A DNA stretch of 64,000 nucleotides from Trichosphaerium sp. ATCC 40318 (GCA_038496445.1 JALMLS010000282.1:72318-136317), one strand, 5' to 3'; positions 52,774-64,000 are shown, counted from the first letter of the stretch. The notes: generated by a model from the letters alone, not told the origin. A program made the numbers and translations.

Positions 52774-54515
52774 ATGGCGGAGCCACAAACTCCAGAGGTT
52801 AATTTACAGTATGTTAACCGTTTGGCCACTGGTTACAACCATTCAATGGTAATCGCAGACGATCGCTTCGTTTACACGTGGGGACGAAATAATGAGCGCC
52901 AATTGGGTAATACAGACGAAATACAGAGTTCTATCGCAAGACCAATAAAGTCACTCCTAAATATCGTCTGTATTGCTGCTGGATACAATCACAGCATTGC
53001 AGTTGATTCAAACGGTATTGTGTATTCATGGGGCTTTAACGAAGAAGGTGCATTGGGTCTGGGTCACTTTGCGTCACCTGTTTCGTCACCAACACGTGTT
53101 CCAAATCTCAACAATATCACGAAAGTCACTGCCGATTTTGTGAGTATGGCGTTATCACATTCAGGCCATGTCTACTCTTGGGGAGACAACAGATTTCATG
53201 GATTGGGTCATTCATTCGACAAGAAGAAAGTTTCATCACCAGTGCTAATTCCTCATCTTGAAAATGTTCAAAAAATTGAAACTAATTGTTATGTAAGTGG
53301 AGCAATGACATCAACAGGTCATGTCTTTCTTTGGAGAACAACAGGTGATAAAGCAAAAGATAAAGCATTATTCTTGAATCCAAAGACAATTTCACGTGTT
53401 CCAAACATTGAAGATGCCACTGATATTGCCATTGGTTTTCAGCATGTACTTGTTCTCCTCAAGTCAGGACAAGTATTTTCTTTTGGACTTAACTACAATG
53501 GGGAATTGGGTATTGGTCAAGGTATCATCAAAGGACTCAATAACATCGTATCTGTACATGCTGGTATTTGGTCATCATTTGCAATTGATGATGAAGGTTG
53601 TTTGTTTGGGTGGGGTAAAGGGAAATGGATTAATTCATTCTCATCAAACAAACCATTAAAATTACCTGGAAAATATCTTGATTTTGCCAATAAAGCATTT
53701 CATTACTTGGCAATATCTCATGATTTCAGATTGGTCACAGGAGGTCATAATCATTGTGGAGCATCTTCACCACAACAATTGACATTCAACAATCACAAAA
53801 AGGTACTTTGTGATCGTATTCATCCTTTCTATTTATTTGACACATTATTAAGCAAACTCACCTTAAACACCAAAATGACAAGTACAATAAAACAGCCATA
53901 GATAAAGACGATATAAAAGAAGACAAAGACAAGTACTTATCAAAAACTGTGATTGATACCGATCGTGATTACACCAAGTTTGGAGATGCTCCTGAACATC
54001 TTGATATGATTCAAGATGCCTTTGACGCCTTTAAAATACACCAAAATCAAGAAGAATACATCAATGATGATGTAAGTACCTTAAACACAAAATTACGTTC
54101 TCAATGATTGTTGGGCGAATGCATTCCACTTGATACAGATAGGTTATATGGGCCTCCTTCACCTAACTATACAAACATACTCTTATCTCAACAATCATGG
54201 AACGACAAGCCTGATGTTTCTGTTGCCAACACAAAGGTTTCTTTCTCATATTTATCAGACTCGAAGTTAATCATGTTTTAGTCGAATTTACTTCCACCTC
54301 AAGAGAATCAATCAACTGGTACCGCCACGTTTGATTGGAAGTCAACATTGATGAGGTTGGGTATTTCAAGTAAACGAGCACAAGAACTCGGATCATTGAT
54401 GGATGAAGCAGGTATCGAACCCGATGACGTCACCTCAGATGTGCTAAAAGAGCTTGATTTCAGTCCACTCGAACGTATCAAGGTCATCAAAGCAAAACGT
54501 AACAATGCTTTATAA
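52774..54515 (+). CDS. RCC1/BLIP-II propeller + SAM-like domain, copy C (4 exons)
   Basis: MAEPQTPEVNLQYVNRL start, seven blades. Last exon FDWKSTLMRLGISSKRAQELG...LKELDFSPLERIKVIKAKRNNAL*. Confidence 0.9.
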
Positions 54516-54657
54516 GACCTGCGCCACAAAGGATAAGAACTCACCAATGTAACACTTGGTTCAACAACACTGTAGATGTCTACAATAAATACTAGCTTGA
54601 TTAGAAAAACAACAAACGGAGATTGTTTATTATTTATGCTCAGTGTTGTTAGTAATA

Positions 54658-56317
54658 TTAGAATGTTACATCTTTACCAGGTACACCGTCACACATTGAA
54701 ATATCGTCTGTGGATCCTTTATTCATGCCAAATTCAGCGGTACTATATCTAGAGAAAAAACAAGGAGTTAAAAGCAAGTCAAATAACAGAAGTTTAGTTT
54801 TGCAAGTTTTTTTTAAATTTTCATTTTTAAATGTACCTTTCACACTGTTTGAATGCGGATGGCCAATAGGCGATATAGATCTTTACTTGGCGATTATCAC
54901 TTCCTTTAAAGTTTGTTTTTGGGTCAAGACAATTATCAGTCATTTGCAATAGGTGCTTCGTGAGTGCCCTTTTATGTAAAATTAATCACGTGTGGAGAAA
55001 AAAAAAAAAGTAAAAATAGAACAAGTTTCGTCGTTTGTCTCTACATGTACTTACGCATTTGAATTGATTTGTGATATACGCCAGAAGTATTCATTATGAT
55101 TATTAAAAGGTATTCTAGCGACAATGCCAGCTTTGACATGGTTGAGGTAGTCAGCTGCCAAGCGAATAAAAGCCTCCGTTTGCGTGATTTGGTTTGCAAA
55201 AGCGTTTCTGATAAGTCCTTGGAGAAGCTCGCGATCACCTTTGTTAGATAACTTTACATGGCTAGATATCTTATGCTTCTTCCAAAATGCTTTGGTGTAA
55301 GCCCACAATCCATTAGTTAAAGCTATGCTTGCGTCAGGGTATGACAAAGCCTAAATGTCGTTTTAGTTTCTGATAAAAAAACATGTTTTCTTGGTTCTGA
55401 ATTGAACAGTAAATTCCAAAATACCTCGTTAACGAGCAAAGAGTATTAATGGTTCAAAAAAAAGATTCCATGTCAAAATAAAAAATAGGTTGAGGTTTCA
55501 ATTGAGCTTTCTGTCAGAAGAAAATTGCTTTTTCTTGTTAATGTTATTTTTATCACGTGCCCGCGAGGCGATAAAATCCTTCCATGATACAGATCCTATG
55601 CTGCTATTTTTTCCTTCGCTCGTAACAAGGGTTATACCATCGTTTAAAAGGTCAATTGCGAAAGCTATTTCGGACCCAATGGCAGGAAGGCCTTCAACAA
55701 GTTTAAGAAATATTTTAAAGATAAATTCGAAGGGACTCTCTGATGGTGCTGGGTCATTCTCGGACATTATAGCTTGAAACGCTATTAAATTAGCTACATC
55801 AAACTGATAAGCATCCTTGAAAGGTTTACTAACGTAAGTAAGCAACAAAACAACCGAAATAATCAAGCACAAAACAAAAACCTCAAAATCTTTTTTGACA
55901 TTGTCAAAAAAAAAAAAGGCAACTGTTTCAATCAAAGAGTACTCTTTGTAGAAACGTTATCTTTTGAGAAAATGGACTTGAAGACTAGGGGGAAATATTT
56001 CTCCACGTACAGGAAAAAACCACTGAAAAATTCATCGATGTCAAAGCTTTCCTTTGATTGCATCATACTAAGCACTCTATATAATGTTTCGTTCTTTAAA
56101 TTCTGTTCGCTTTTTATCATAGACGAAGTATTAGAACAAGTAGCAGGTCCAGGCCAATTAATCCCCTTTAGGTTTTCAACACGTGCTGAATAAAAAAAGT
56201 GTCAGAGCGTTATTTAGGACGAAATAATTTTGTTCCTAATGGTTTAAACTAGAAGGTACCTGAGAAAGCCGAAAGAGCGAAAAGACATAAAACAATGCCA
56301 AGAGTTGAGGTTTTCAT
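54658..56317 (-). CDS. Secreted hypothetical protein (multi-exon)
   Basis: Signal peptide MKTSTLGIVLCLFALSAFSA splices in frame to ORF 55932-56120, followed by ORFs 55498, 55051 and 54658. Confidence 0.65.
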
Positions 56318-56381
56318 TTGGGTAAAGAGTTGTAGTTGAACGACATGTTAAGTCATTTTACTTTTTGATTTGGTTGGCCTG

Positions 56382-58857
56382 GGTGTTGGTATCGCTTTTT
56401 AAAGAAATCAAGACAACGATTAAAACTCAGGTGGGTGAAGCAGAAATTAGAATTAATAGAGGTACTAGACAAGGAGATATCATATCACCAATGATTTGGG
56501 ATTTCTTTATTAACTCGCTTGTTCTTAAAATGGAAGAAAGTAAGTTAGGTTTCAAATGCGCTGACGGTAAAATTGTTACAATAATCGCTTACGCAGATGA
56601 CTTAGTGATTTTAGCGGAGAACTTAGAGGATTTACATAAACTATATGACCTACTTCTTTCCTTTTGCTCCTTTTATGACATTAATATTAACACAGAGAAA
56701 TCATCGTTGCTCACTAACAAAGAAGAATTAGCTGAAGAAATCTACCATAAACCATTGCGCTGGAAAGGTAGTCAAATCCCAATAGGAAAACCAAATGAAA
56801 CGTATAAATACCTTGGTATACTAATTAACATGAATCTAGACTTTAAGGAACATTTTACCAAATTAGGAAGCTCATTTAAGACGGTAATTAATTTAGTTAA
56901 CACTAATTACTTTACTACAGCCCAAAAAGTCAGGATTATTAATCAAGTAGCAATAGCTAAAGTTAGATTTACACAAAGCGTCATCAACATCCCTAAAGTT
57001 TGGCTAAAAAAATGGGATAACTTAGCAACAAGAATTATAAAGCGTAAAGTTAAAATACAAACAAACGCACATAATGAGAGAGTTCAATCGAGCAACGTAG
57101 GTTTTGGTCTCTTATCATTAGAGGATACTCAAACACAGGCGTTTGTAAAGACAGCTCTCAAAGATAATCTCAACTGCAAAGAAGGTGCAATAGGTAGTGA
57201 ATCAGTAGCCTCAGACTTTAAAACGTGTAAAAGGCTCCTTAATAATACTAACTACAATATTAAATACATAGGTTCGATTCGTAAAACGTCTTTACTAGCA
57301 AAACCCATGAGCGTGCCTACTTTTAATAGCATTACTACAAAAGTCAATGGTACGTCAATTATTGCAACGGATGGTAGCGTTATAGATGGAGTTGCGTACA
57401 GTGGCATAGCGTTGTCAATCAACAAAAACAAATGGTTGAAATTTCATACTTTATTCCATGACGATTCAAATGGGGCCGAACTAGAAGCTATAGAAATGGC
57501 AGCTCGTATCACACCCAAAGAGTTACCTATTATTATAGTTACTGACTCTTTAAATTCTAAAAGATGGATCGAACAATTCGACAAATGGCTCCCTATTAAA
57601 AAATTCAAGAGTCCTTACGCACACACTCTAGAACGCATAAATGACATCATAAATAATAGAATTGGTACTACTGACATTATATGGTATCCGAGTCATACTC
57701 TGGAAAGTAGCTCTAAAAAGGTAGCAGCACTTAAAGCTTCTAAACACATCACTAGAAAGTACTCGGCCCAATTAGTTCCATGGTGTATAGCTTTAAACGC
57801 ATACGCAGATAAGATTGCATCTGATAAGCGCTATAAAGCAGAAGGTAGATGTTTACTAGGTACTAATCTACACCCTATAGGAACAGGTAACTACTGTCTT
57901 GTTAATTCAAAAGACTCTCCTACATACCATGACCCGTGGAAAATTCTTAAAATAGCTGCAGAAGAAAAAAAAATTAAGTTCATTAACAATGTTTCTAGTA
58001 ATCTAGGTAGAAATAGATTAAATCTAGATATGGCTCGATCCAAGATTTCTTATTCCAACGTGCAAAATGACAGAATAGTAGATTTTGCATTCAGAGTCAA
58101 GCGACATGCGCTGTTTCTCAACAGTGTGAAATTCCACAGACAACCAAAAGTCTGTGACTCCTTATGGGCTAGAAGAACTAAAATTAATTATCCTAACCCT
58201 TTTTGTTCTATGTGCCAAGATGGATCTCATGAAACCTTCCAACATTTCGTTAGATGTAAAAACAATCCGTTCGATATCAGAACGCATCTGTTTTATCACA
58301 TTGCCAGAATATATACTGAAACTATTGACGAAGAATTCCCAGACTCTGAGGAAAAATTCCGTAAGTTCAATTTTTATTCACTTATCAGAAATAAAACTAA
58401 AGATAACTACTTTGTTTCGAACTCCTTCCAACTCAGATACAAAGTTAAACACGCTATGTTCTGCGTTCTTCAAGCAGGTAGAAATATAGATTCGCTTATG
58501 GAAGAGGAATATTGGGTTGATAAGTATATTGGAAAAAATTTATTGGGTGCAGTGGTGGAAAAATTTATTGACAATTACGGTTTTATGGGCGTCACACATA
58601 ATTTATCTTTCCGTGAAGCACAAGGATGGGTCACAGAAGAATTGATCAGCAAGATAAGAGAAACCTTTGCCATTAATACGCCCAAAGCTAGGTTTATGGC
58701 ACAACGTATTAACCGTATTTATATTGCATTATTATATAGAAGATATGTATCACGTTGTAAGAAAGATATCACATATAAGAAATCGGTGGGCGCTTATCTA
58801 GGGCCGAGGGTTTTTGCATTGGCTAACGACAGTATTAGAAATATCTTAGGTCTTTAG
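56382..58857 (+). CDS. ORF2 remnant: C-terminal part of RT, RNase H, zf-RVT-type finger
   Basis: RT: GTRQGDIISP, YADD, YKYLG. RNase H: TDGS, AELEAI, TDS, PSH, NAYAD. Finger: CSMC...ETFQHFVRC. Uninterrupted, no introns. Confidence 0.92.
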
Positions 58858-59226
58858 TATCTTGAAATTTCTTCTATTTCTCTTTTTTACATTTGTTCCT
58901 ATTCTTACCGGGCTTCCCTTTTATAGTTGAAGTTAGTTTAAGGAGGAGTTAGGTTGGAAGCTTACGTTATAGCATGGTTCACTATTATAAGTTTATTGGC
59001 ATAATGGTCTCACAATGTTTAGAAACTCTGGGTCACCTCGTCTCCTTTTCTGTATATTGGTATTCTTTCTTGTTTTTTCCCCCCTCTTTTTTTATCAGTC
59101 GCCCATAATAACCTGGCTGCGTCTAGAAGTTCAGAGTTTACCTCTTGTAGTGTCCTAGTGGACCAGTAGAACTTAGGTTTTCCGAAAGGAAGACCGTTGA
59201 CGTTAAATAAAATAATAAAATAATAA
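56382..59226 (+). mobile_element. 5'-truncated non-LTR retrotransposon (RT - RNase H - CCHC zinc finger)
   Basis: 12-bp TSD TTGGTTGGCCTG at 56370-56381 and 59227-59238. TAA/TAAAA tail at about 59203-59226. Begins in the middle of the RT domain. Confidence 0.95.
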
Positions 59227-59439
59227 TTGGTTGGCCTGCTTACCTTTCAGATTGTACAATCTCAGCCAACTACAATTCCAACAAGCTGTGAGCGTATGAA
59301 CAACTTTCCGACGTTGTTGCAAAGAACCTTGTGTAAGAGTTCCGTAGCAAGTGAAAAAAAAAAGCAACACGTGTGAGCGTTACAGTGTAACTAACGCTTT
59401 TACTACCTTCCACATTCCCAGTAAAACGGCCAAGAGTTT

Positions 59440-60823
59440 TCTCAGTAAGTAAGCCCCTAGCGGAAATTTTGCTTATCTTGTGGCAGATTCAAAAAGTTTT
59501 TGTGTTAATTGATTGAATAAATCGATTGATTTATCTCTTTATGGATAGTAATCCAAAAAATTATGGATAGTAAAATTTTATTTCAGCTTTTGAACTTACA
59601 TTATCTTCAAATGACTTATAAAAGTTTCCCTGTAAAAGCCTGTGTTGCTACAAGGTAATATAAATCGGAAATGCTCAAAGCATCTTTTTGAAGAACACAG
59701 TCACAAATTGTATGTGTGAACGTTAAAGGCAGTTTTAACAAATCCAAAGTCATTCGGCACCTATCACTAGTAATTCAGTAGGATGTTGTGTTTGACCAAC
59801 CTAACTGATTAACCTAAGCAATAGCTGAAAATTTATGGTGATGGAAGTAAGGAGAATAGGTTTATCACGTTGTGGAGACCCCAAAAAATGTTGCAATTGA
59901 GTGTCAATATTTTTTTTACCTCTCAGGATTTGTTGCATTTGCGAGTCTGTCAATCAATACCTGTTTGTTTCCTTGCTTTTTAAGGTTCAATGTACTATAA
60001 TGTCTTGAAAAGGATGATTTTTTATTGTTTTCTACCATTTCCGGGGTCAGGTGAGCATGTCCTTATACAACTTTGTGTAAAAATCGTGACACAAATCACT
60101 TTGGCCTTACTTTTTCTCTTCCATGCCTTATTGTCCCAATCAAGGCATTCAGAGTGGTACCATATATCACAGTAATCGCATCGTATCATCACTTTGTCTT
60201 TTACTTCTTTTCTACTGTGTCGGCAATCTTCAAAACAATGAAATTTTGGTTTTTTTTTATCTCTCTTTTCTGTGATGTTCACTTAAAGAAGCTTTCTACC
60301 TTTTCTTCTGATAACGCTTTTACTTTCTCGGATAGAAGCTCACACACCTCTTGTGCTAATACTATATTGTTGCCAATACCATTTCTGTTGCACTTCCGTG
60401 ACAAAAAACTTAAAGTCTCACGAGATAGTCCACAGTTTTTTTTCAAAATCAGACAAACACGTTGAGTTAGAATCTGTTTTGGACCACCAGTATTTTAGCC
60501 ACTATCCAAGTAACCACTCAACAATCTTACCCTAGATATTTTTCTTACGCATGAAAGATGCCACCTTAACCTTAGAGTTAGTTTTCTTTGGTTTATTGCG
60601 ATACTCGCGCAACAGGTTAAAAATGCGCACGTGATGAGTTTTTGAAGATTGTTAAGAAGTTTTGACAGGGTTTTACCATAGCGATTTTACTATCCATAAC
60701 TTTTATTTTTTCATTACCAATTATGGTGTCGCAATGGGTTTTACATACATGCAAGAGCGGATTGCGAGGGTTTTTGGGCTGTTTAAAAATTTTTACTATC
60801 CATAATTTTTCAACTTACCCGGA
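59440..60823. mobile_element. Putative decayed DNA transposon with subterminal inverted repeats and a PHD-finger remnant
   Basis: TTATGGATAGTAA at 59539 and 59561, with inverted copies at 60687 and 60793. Possible 8-bp TSD AAGAGTTT at 59432 and 60824. Minus-strand MIRCDYCDIWYHSECL in ORF 60022-60282. Confidence 0.5.
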
Positions 60824-61072
60824 AAGAGTTTATGTAATTTGTTGTGTATGTACAAGAGGGTCGAAGCTGAGTGAGACGGTATTCTCTCCTCCACTCTGGT
60901 ATTGTAGATCAACAAGAACGTGTGAATCAAATCCAGATCAATCCCAAAAGTGCAAGCTAATGGCTGCAAAAACATGAACTTGGTACAATTCTTGTGTTAA
61001 TCCCCATCTGCATTATCGTGTCTCATAGTGAGATTTGCCTGTCAAATACAGGCATTATTTAAATAAACATTA

Positions 61073-62869
61073 ATGGCAGAACCACAACGTTTAGAGGTTA
61101 AATTACAATGTGTTAACCGTTTGGACGTTGGTTTCCAACATTCAATGGTAATCGCAGATGATGGTTTTGTTTACACGTGGGGACGAAATTATGAGCGCCA
61201 ATTGGGTAATACACGCGTAAAAATGAGTTCTATCGCAAGACCAATAACGTCACTCATAAATATCGTCTGTATTGCTGCTGGATGGCGCCATAGCCTTGCA
61301 GTTGATTCAAACGGTATTGTGTATTCATGGGGCAAAAATTCAGAAGGTGCATTGGGTCTGGGTCACTTTACATCACCTGTTTCGTCACCAACACGTGTTC
61401 CAAATCTCAACAATATCACGAAAGTCTCTGCCTATCTTTTGAGTATGGCGTTATCACATTCAGGTCATGTCTACTCTTGGGGAGACAATAGATTTCATGG
61501 ATTGGGTCATTCATTCGACAAGACAGTTTCATCACCAGTGGTTATTCCAAATCTTGAAAATGTTCAAAAAATTCAAACTAATTTGTATGTAAATGGAGCA
61601 ATAACATCAACAGGCCATGTCTTTCTTTGGGGAACAACAAAAGATGAAGCAGACGATAAAGCATTATTCTTGAAACGAGGAAAGACAATTTCACGTGTTC
61701 CAAACATTGGACATGCCACTGATATCGCTATTGGTTATAATCATGTGCTTGTTCTCCTCAAGTCAGGACAAGTATTTTCTTTTGGATATGACTGGTATGG
61801 GTGTCTTGGGTTGGGTATTGGCGACAAGTATGGCCAAGGTATCATCAAAAGGCTCAATAACATCTTATCTGTACATGCTGGTACACATACATCATATGCG
61901 ATTGATGATGAAGGTTGTTTGTTTGGTTGGGGTAAAGGGAAATGGATTGATTCGTTCTCATCAAACAAACCATTACAATTACCTGGAAAATATCTTGAGT
62001 TTGCCAATAAAGTATATCATTACTTGGCAATATCTCATGATTTCAGACTGGTTACAAGTGGTCGTAATGATTTTAGATCAGCTTCACCACAACAACTGAC
62101 ATTCAACAATCACAAAAAGGTACCTTTGTCATCTTATCCATTTGTTTGTTTATTGAATCATTAAGCAAACCCACCTTAAACACCAAAATGCCAACGTCAA
62201 TAAAACAACCATAGATAAAGATGATATAAAAGTAGACAAAGACAAGTACTCATCAAAAGCTGTAATTAATCCCAATCATGATTACACCAAGTTTGGAGAT
62301 GCTCCTGAACATCTTGATATGATTCAAGATGCGTTTGAAGCCTTTAAAATACACCAAAATCAAGAAGAATACATTGAGGAGGTAAGTACATTAAACAATC
62401 AAATAACTACCAAATTTGCTAGAATGATGTTACTACTTTTACTCTACCACATCATGAAACCAGAGTAAGATCACCACACAATGTAAGCAAACTGAATTTA
62501 CCTCAGCAATCATGGATTGATAAACCTCATGTTTCTGTGGTAAACACCAACAAGGTACATTGAACCTTGAAACATTTAAATGTTTTGGTGAAAAGTAAAC
62601 CATTTTAGGTGCTATTCGCTCAATTGTATGAGACTCAATCAATCAATCCTGCTCTTCAGCCAATACAACCTGAAATCATTGGCTTGGATTGGACTTCATC
62701 ACTTGCCAGGTTGGGTATCGCAAGTGAGCGAGCACAGGAACTTGGATCATTGATGAACGAATTACGCATTAAACCCAATGACATTGACCAAGACATCTTA
62801 ATTGAACTTGAATTCAATTTGAAGGAACGTATCAAGGTCACCAAAGCCAAGCGCAAGAACCTCATTTGA
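61073..62869 (+). CDS. RCC1/BLIP-II propeller + SAM-like domain, copy D (4 exons)
   Basis: 363-aa propeller ORF and in-frame linker exons. Last exon LDWTSSLARLGIASERAQELG...LIELEFNLKERIKVTKAKRKNLI*. Confidence 0.9.
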
Positions 62870-63353
62870 ACTGATACAAGAATGAGATTGATACTGCAGT
62901 TTAGAATAAATAGTTTTTTACTAAACGTGACAAGTTCTATTAATAGCATTATGGCAAAATGGCCTGTAATATCAGCTACCAGTACAATCAAATATCAATA
63001 TGGAACGAAGTAGTAAGATGCAGTGCGTTGCTCTTAAATGAAAAAGAATGATAACATATTCAATTGCAGCGTGATCATTCTGTGCTATTTTTATACAACT
63101 TAATGAAATCAAATTAAAAAGCAAACACTAGAAGTTAAGTACCTCATCATGGTAAAATTAAATACATGCGGTAGTTGTTTGAACACGGAACTATTCTCCA
63201 ATTTAAAGGTGCATTACCCCACGTGAAAAATAGACAGGTTAAAGTAAAAGAATGAAGCAACAACTTTGGATAGCCACTGTTTTATTGGCTTGATATGATA
63301 CAGTTACATTAGTTGCTGTTGATCAATAGGATGCGACATGTTATTCTAGTCTT

Positions 63354-64000
63354 TTACTGCCAATTCAACTCACGTGTGTCAAAACTCAAACCAGGCCATC
63401 CCTTATCATCATGAACGCTATGATGTGGCATAACATAGCCATACTTTGCATAGCTAAGTAGAAATGGTAACTTTGCAAAGTTACTTCTAAATGTGCCAAC
63501 CCATCCATCACAATCGCTCATCATTATCATATTCGCAATAACTTGTATAGTAGGTAAATGACCTGAAACAAAAAAATAAGAATCACATAATACTAGTAGC
63601 AGAGAAAACGAACAAACAAAACCAGTTGACTAAAAAGAGACCAAAAAAAAAAAAGAATGTCTACGAGCTTCAGGTGCAGAAAAATATTGCTACGTTCAAG
63701 AAAATACTATCCAAGGATGCGCAGAGTGTAAACCTTTGCGTATGAAGCACACAATAAGCTCAACTACGGCACACTGGAACACTTAAAAAATGACAAGAAA
63801 AAAAATGGAAAAAGCGTTAGATCCTACTTGCTTACGCAAGACAGATGGTAAATTTAAGTAGATTACCTAGATGTTTATACTGCTCTACAAGCTGAGACCC
63901 TCTGATATTTTTTCTCGGTTCCTCATTGTATATAACATCATAGCTTGTTGAATTTTTCATTACTTCAATAACTTCAGGATCATCTGTTGCTAAAAAAATC
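63354..64000 (-). CDS. 3' part of a GT23/alpha-1,6-fucosyltransferase-like protein (runs off the window)
   Basis: IFLATDDPEVI and, after an intron, MMSDCDGWVGTFRSNFAKL resemble fucosyltransferase motifs II and III. Confidence 0.65.

Noticed and set aside
56365-56381. ORF-track start MIWLAW as the true start of the 830-aa protein
   Set aside because: These codons are flanking DNA and the TSD. The element is 5'-truncated and has no native start.
59100-59200. Self-cleaving ribozyme in the LINE 3' UTR
   Set aside because: No hammerhead CTGANGA core or HDV-like topology was seen. Kept only as a stem-loop.
52774-62869. Diversity-generating retroelement (RT flanked by hypervariable RCC1 genes)
   Set aside because: The RT is a LINE-type RT-RNase H-zinc finger with TSD and tail. 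No template repeat was seen, and paralog differences are not restricted to adenines.
1-64000. Alternative genetic code as the cause of fragmented ORFs
   Set aside because: GT-AG introns explain the breaks, and TAA, TAG and TGA all terminate well-supported genes.

Overview
AT-rich (about 35% GC by eye), intron-dense eukaryotic DNA using the standard code and GT-AG introns. The gene set suggests an amoebozoan-like protist (inference). Most short ORFs in the track are exon fragments or antisense shadows. Single-copy genes: SAM plus formate/nitrite channel, a fimbrin-type CH protein with a tRNA-Asn nested in an intron, a SARA_C/DUF3480-like protein, F-box proteins, GH10 xylanase, CREG, RhoGAP plus ADF-H, a C-type lectin receptor, an S53 tripeptidyl peptidase, a C2 protein and a GT23-like fucosyltransferase. 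Three expanding, fast-diverging families are interleaved with them. (1) Five RCC1/BLIP-II propeller genes with a C-terminal SAM-like domain, whose differences concentrate at the same loop positions of every blade, like CDRs. (2) Three intact Rac paralogs that have all lost Q61, one also carrying G12V, with variable switch regions. (3) Five F-box-like/MORN2-repeat genes, two ending in a CaaX box. Also present: a young 5'-truncated LINE with RNase H and a 12-bp TSD, a MITE family, a PHD-bearing inverted-repeat element, an inverted segmental duplication, and roughly tenfold enrichment of the palindrome CACGTG. The best candidate for an undescribed system is a diversified, immune-like receptor/decoy repertoire. 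Gene models were spliced by eye, so boundaries are approximate where stated.
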